Shown here: positions 62,878 to 64,000 of the stretch, piece after piece
Numbering within the stretch: the first letter of the stretch is position 1
How the letters are laid out: each line of letters starts with the position of its first letter
Source: Gordius albopunctatus
Taxonomy: Eukaryota
Direction of reading: 5' to 3'
Assembly (NCBI GenBank): GCA_964276515.1
Contig: OZ193909.1
Span: forward strand, 15,066,001 to 15,130,000
Length of the DNA stretch: 64,000 nucleotides
Program-made: the position numbers and the translations under genes
Notes under the pieces: generated by a model
The model's database searches: none
The model's input: only the letters and a program-made list of their open reading frames with translations
What the model was told of the DNA's origin: nothing

Positions 62878-64000
62878 CATATACTTTTAGTCACAAATTC
62901 TAATTATTTTAGATAAAATGCTTAAATCTGGTCACTTTGTCTCAAGTGATATAGCCTAAAAGGTACAGAATACTAATTATATTTATTCATTTGAAAATTT
63001 ACAAAATATATATACAAATGTGACATTGTTGCTCTAAAAATGTTTAATCCATCTCTGCTCAATAAGTCATTGAGGTTTTGATGATTCAATTTATACAAAT
63101 AAAAAATCAATTATAAGGTCTAAATTTATTGTACATATCTAAAAAATACAATATGCCTGTAATAGAATTGAGTTATTTGAGAGTAATTTTATCTTGTGTT
63201 CTTTTGTTGCTAAATTTCACTATACTCAACTCTTTCATATGTAATAAGTAATTTAAAACTATTTTTGTTAGGCATATCAATTAACTCTTCTTCATCTTCA
63301 TCTCCTCTTAACTCCCTCTCATATTCATGACTACTCATGTAGGTAGATGTAATCATCAGAATCATCAATAACTACTTGATAAAATGTTAAAACTTTTATT
63401 TGTATATACCATCTTAATCTTCAGACATAGAACTATCAAAAATGTTGCACTTTTTAAGATTAGACATATAAAAAAATCAAAAAATGTGGGAAAAACTACA
63501 CAAATAAGCACTTTAAATTACCATGAGGAAAAATTAACATGTGAAAATTAGAGTTTAAAATTTAAATATTTTCAATAAAAAGAAATGTATATAAAAAATT
63601 TCTTCACAAATGGGTTTACGATAATGGGTTTTAATAATATATTTCAAAAAATGTTGATTTTTTTGTTCATATTATGGAAGGTAGGGTCGTGAAAGACCTT
63701 GGGCATCTAAAACACTGTCTATCTTAAAAACTATTGGATAAAAACTAGCCAAATTTTGCAGATATTCTAGGGTAAATTTTGTTAAGCTACTGAAAAAATA
63801 AAATTGTAATATTCACTAATTTTTTTGTACAGCGTTTTTAAACGGCTTTGGGTCATTATTACCCCACCCGACTGACGGAGTGTATAAATCTTTGGCCACA
63901 CCTCATTAGTTCAATTATAAAATTAAATGATATAATCAGCAAAGGACCTTTAAACCATATCCAGCTAAGCGCTTTGACCAGTTTTCGGCTTCTTCGAATA

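Larger units (their letters stand above)
59447..63882. mobile_element. piggyBac-like non-autonomous DNA transposon (~1.6 kb without the nested LTR element)
   Basis: 17-bp TIRs cactccgtc(g/a)gtcgggt at 59447-59463 and 63866-63882, preceded by TTAA and followed by TATA. A shared subterminal gggt(t/c)at(a/t)attacccc motif is present at both ends. Confidence 0.7.

Overview
AT-rich, intron-containing eukaryotic DNA, most likely from an invertebrate animal; the species cannot be determined from this window. Three host genes could be spliced together by hand with consistent GT-AG phases. The first is a complete 9-exon ZNRF3/RNF43 (PLR-1)-like PA-TM-RING E3 ligase on + (2310-12997). The second is a convergent uncharacterised coiled-coil gene on - with 35-39 nt introns (about 14238-15976, 5' end uncertain). 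The third is a 2-exon DUF229 gene on - (50676-53505). A lone WW-domain exon lies at 37385. Much of the rest is transposon-derived: four RTE-type LINEs in various states of decay, a tRNA-headed SINE, a MULE remnant with tandem arrays, many hAT-type MITEs with 8-bp TSDs, TA-TSD MITEs, and a piggyBac-like element containing a young Gypsy-type LTR element. Two observations stand out. The Gypsy element has identical 137-bp LTRs and lacks gag and protease, and a ~47-nt copy of tRNA-Ser is fused directly to RT. One RTE LINE carries the same tRNA-derived head as a nearby SINE. All family calls come from motif recognition by eye, not database searches.
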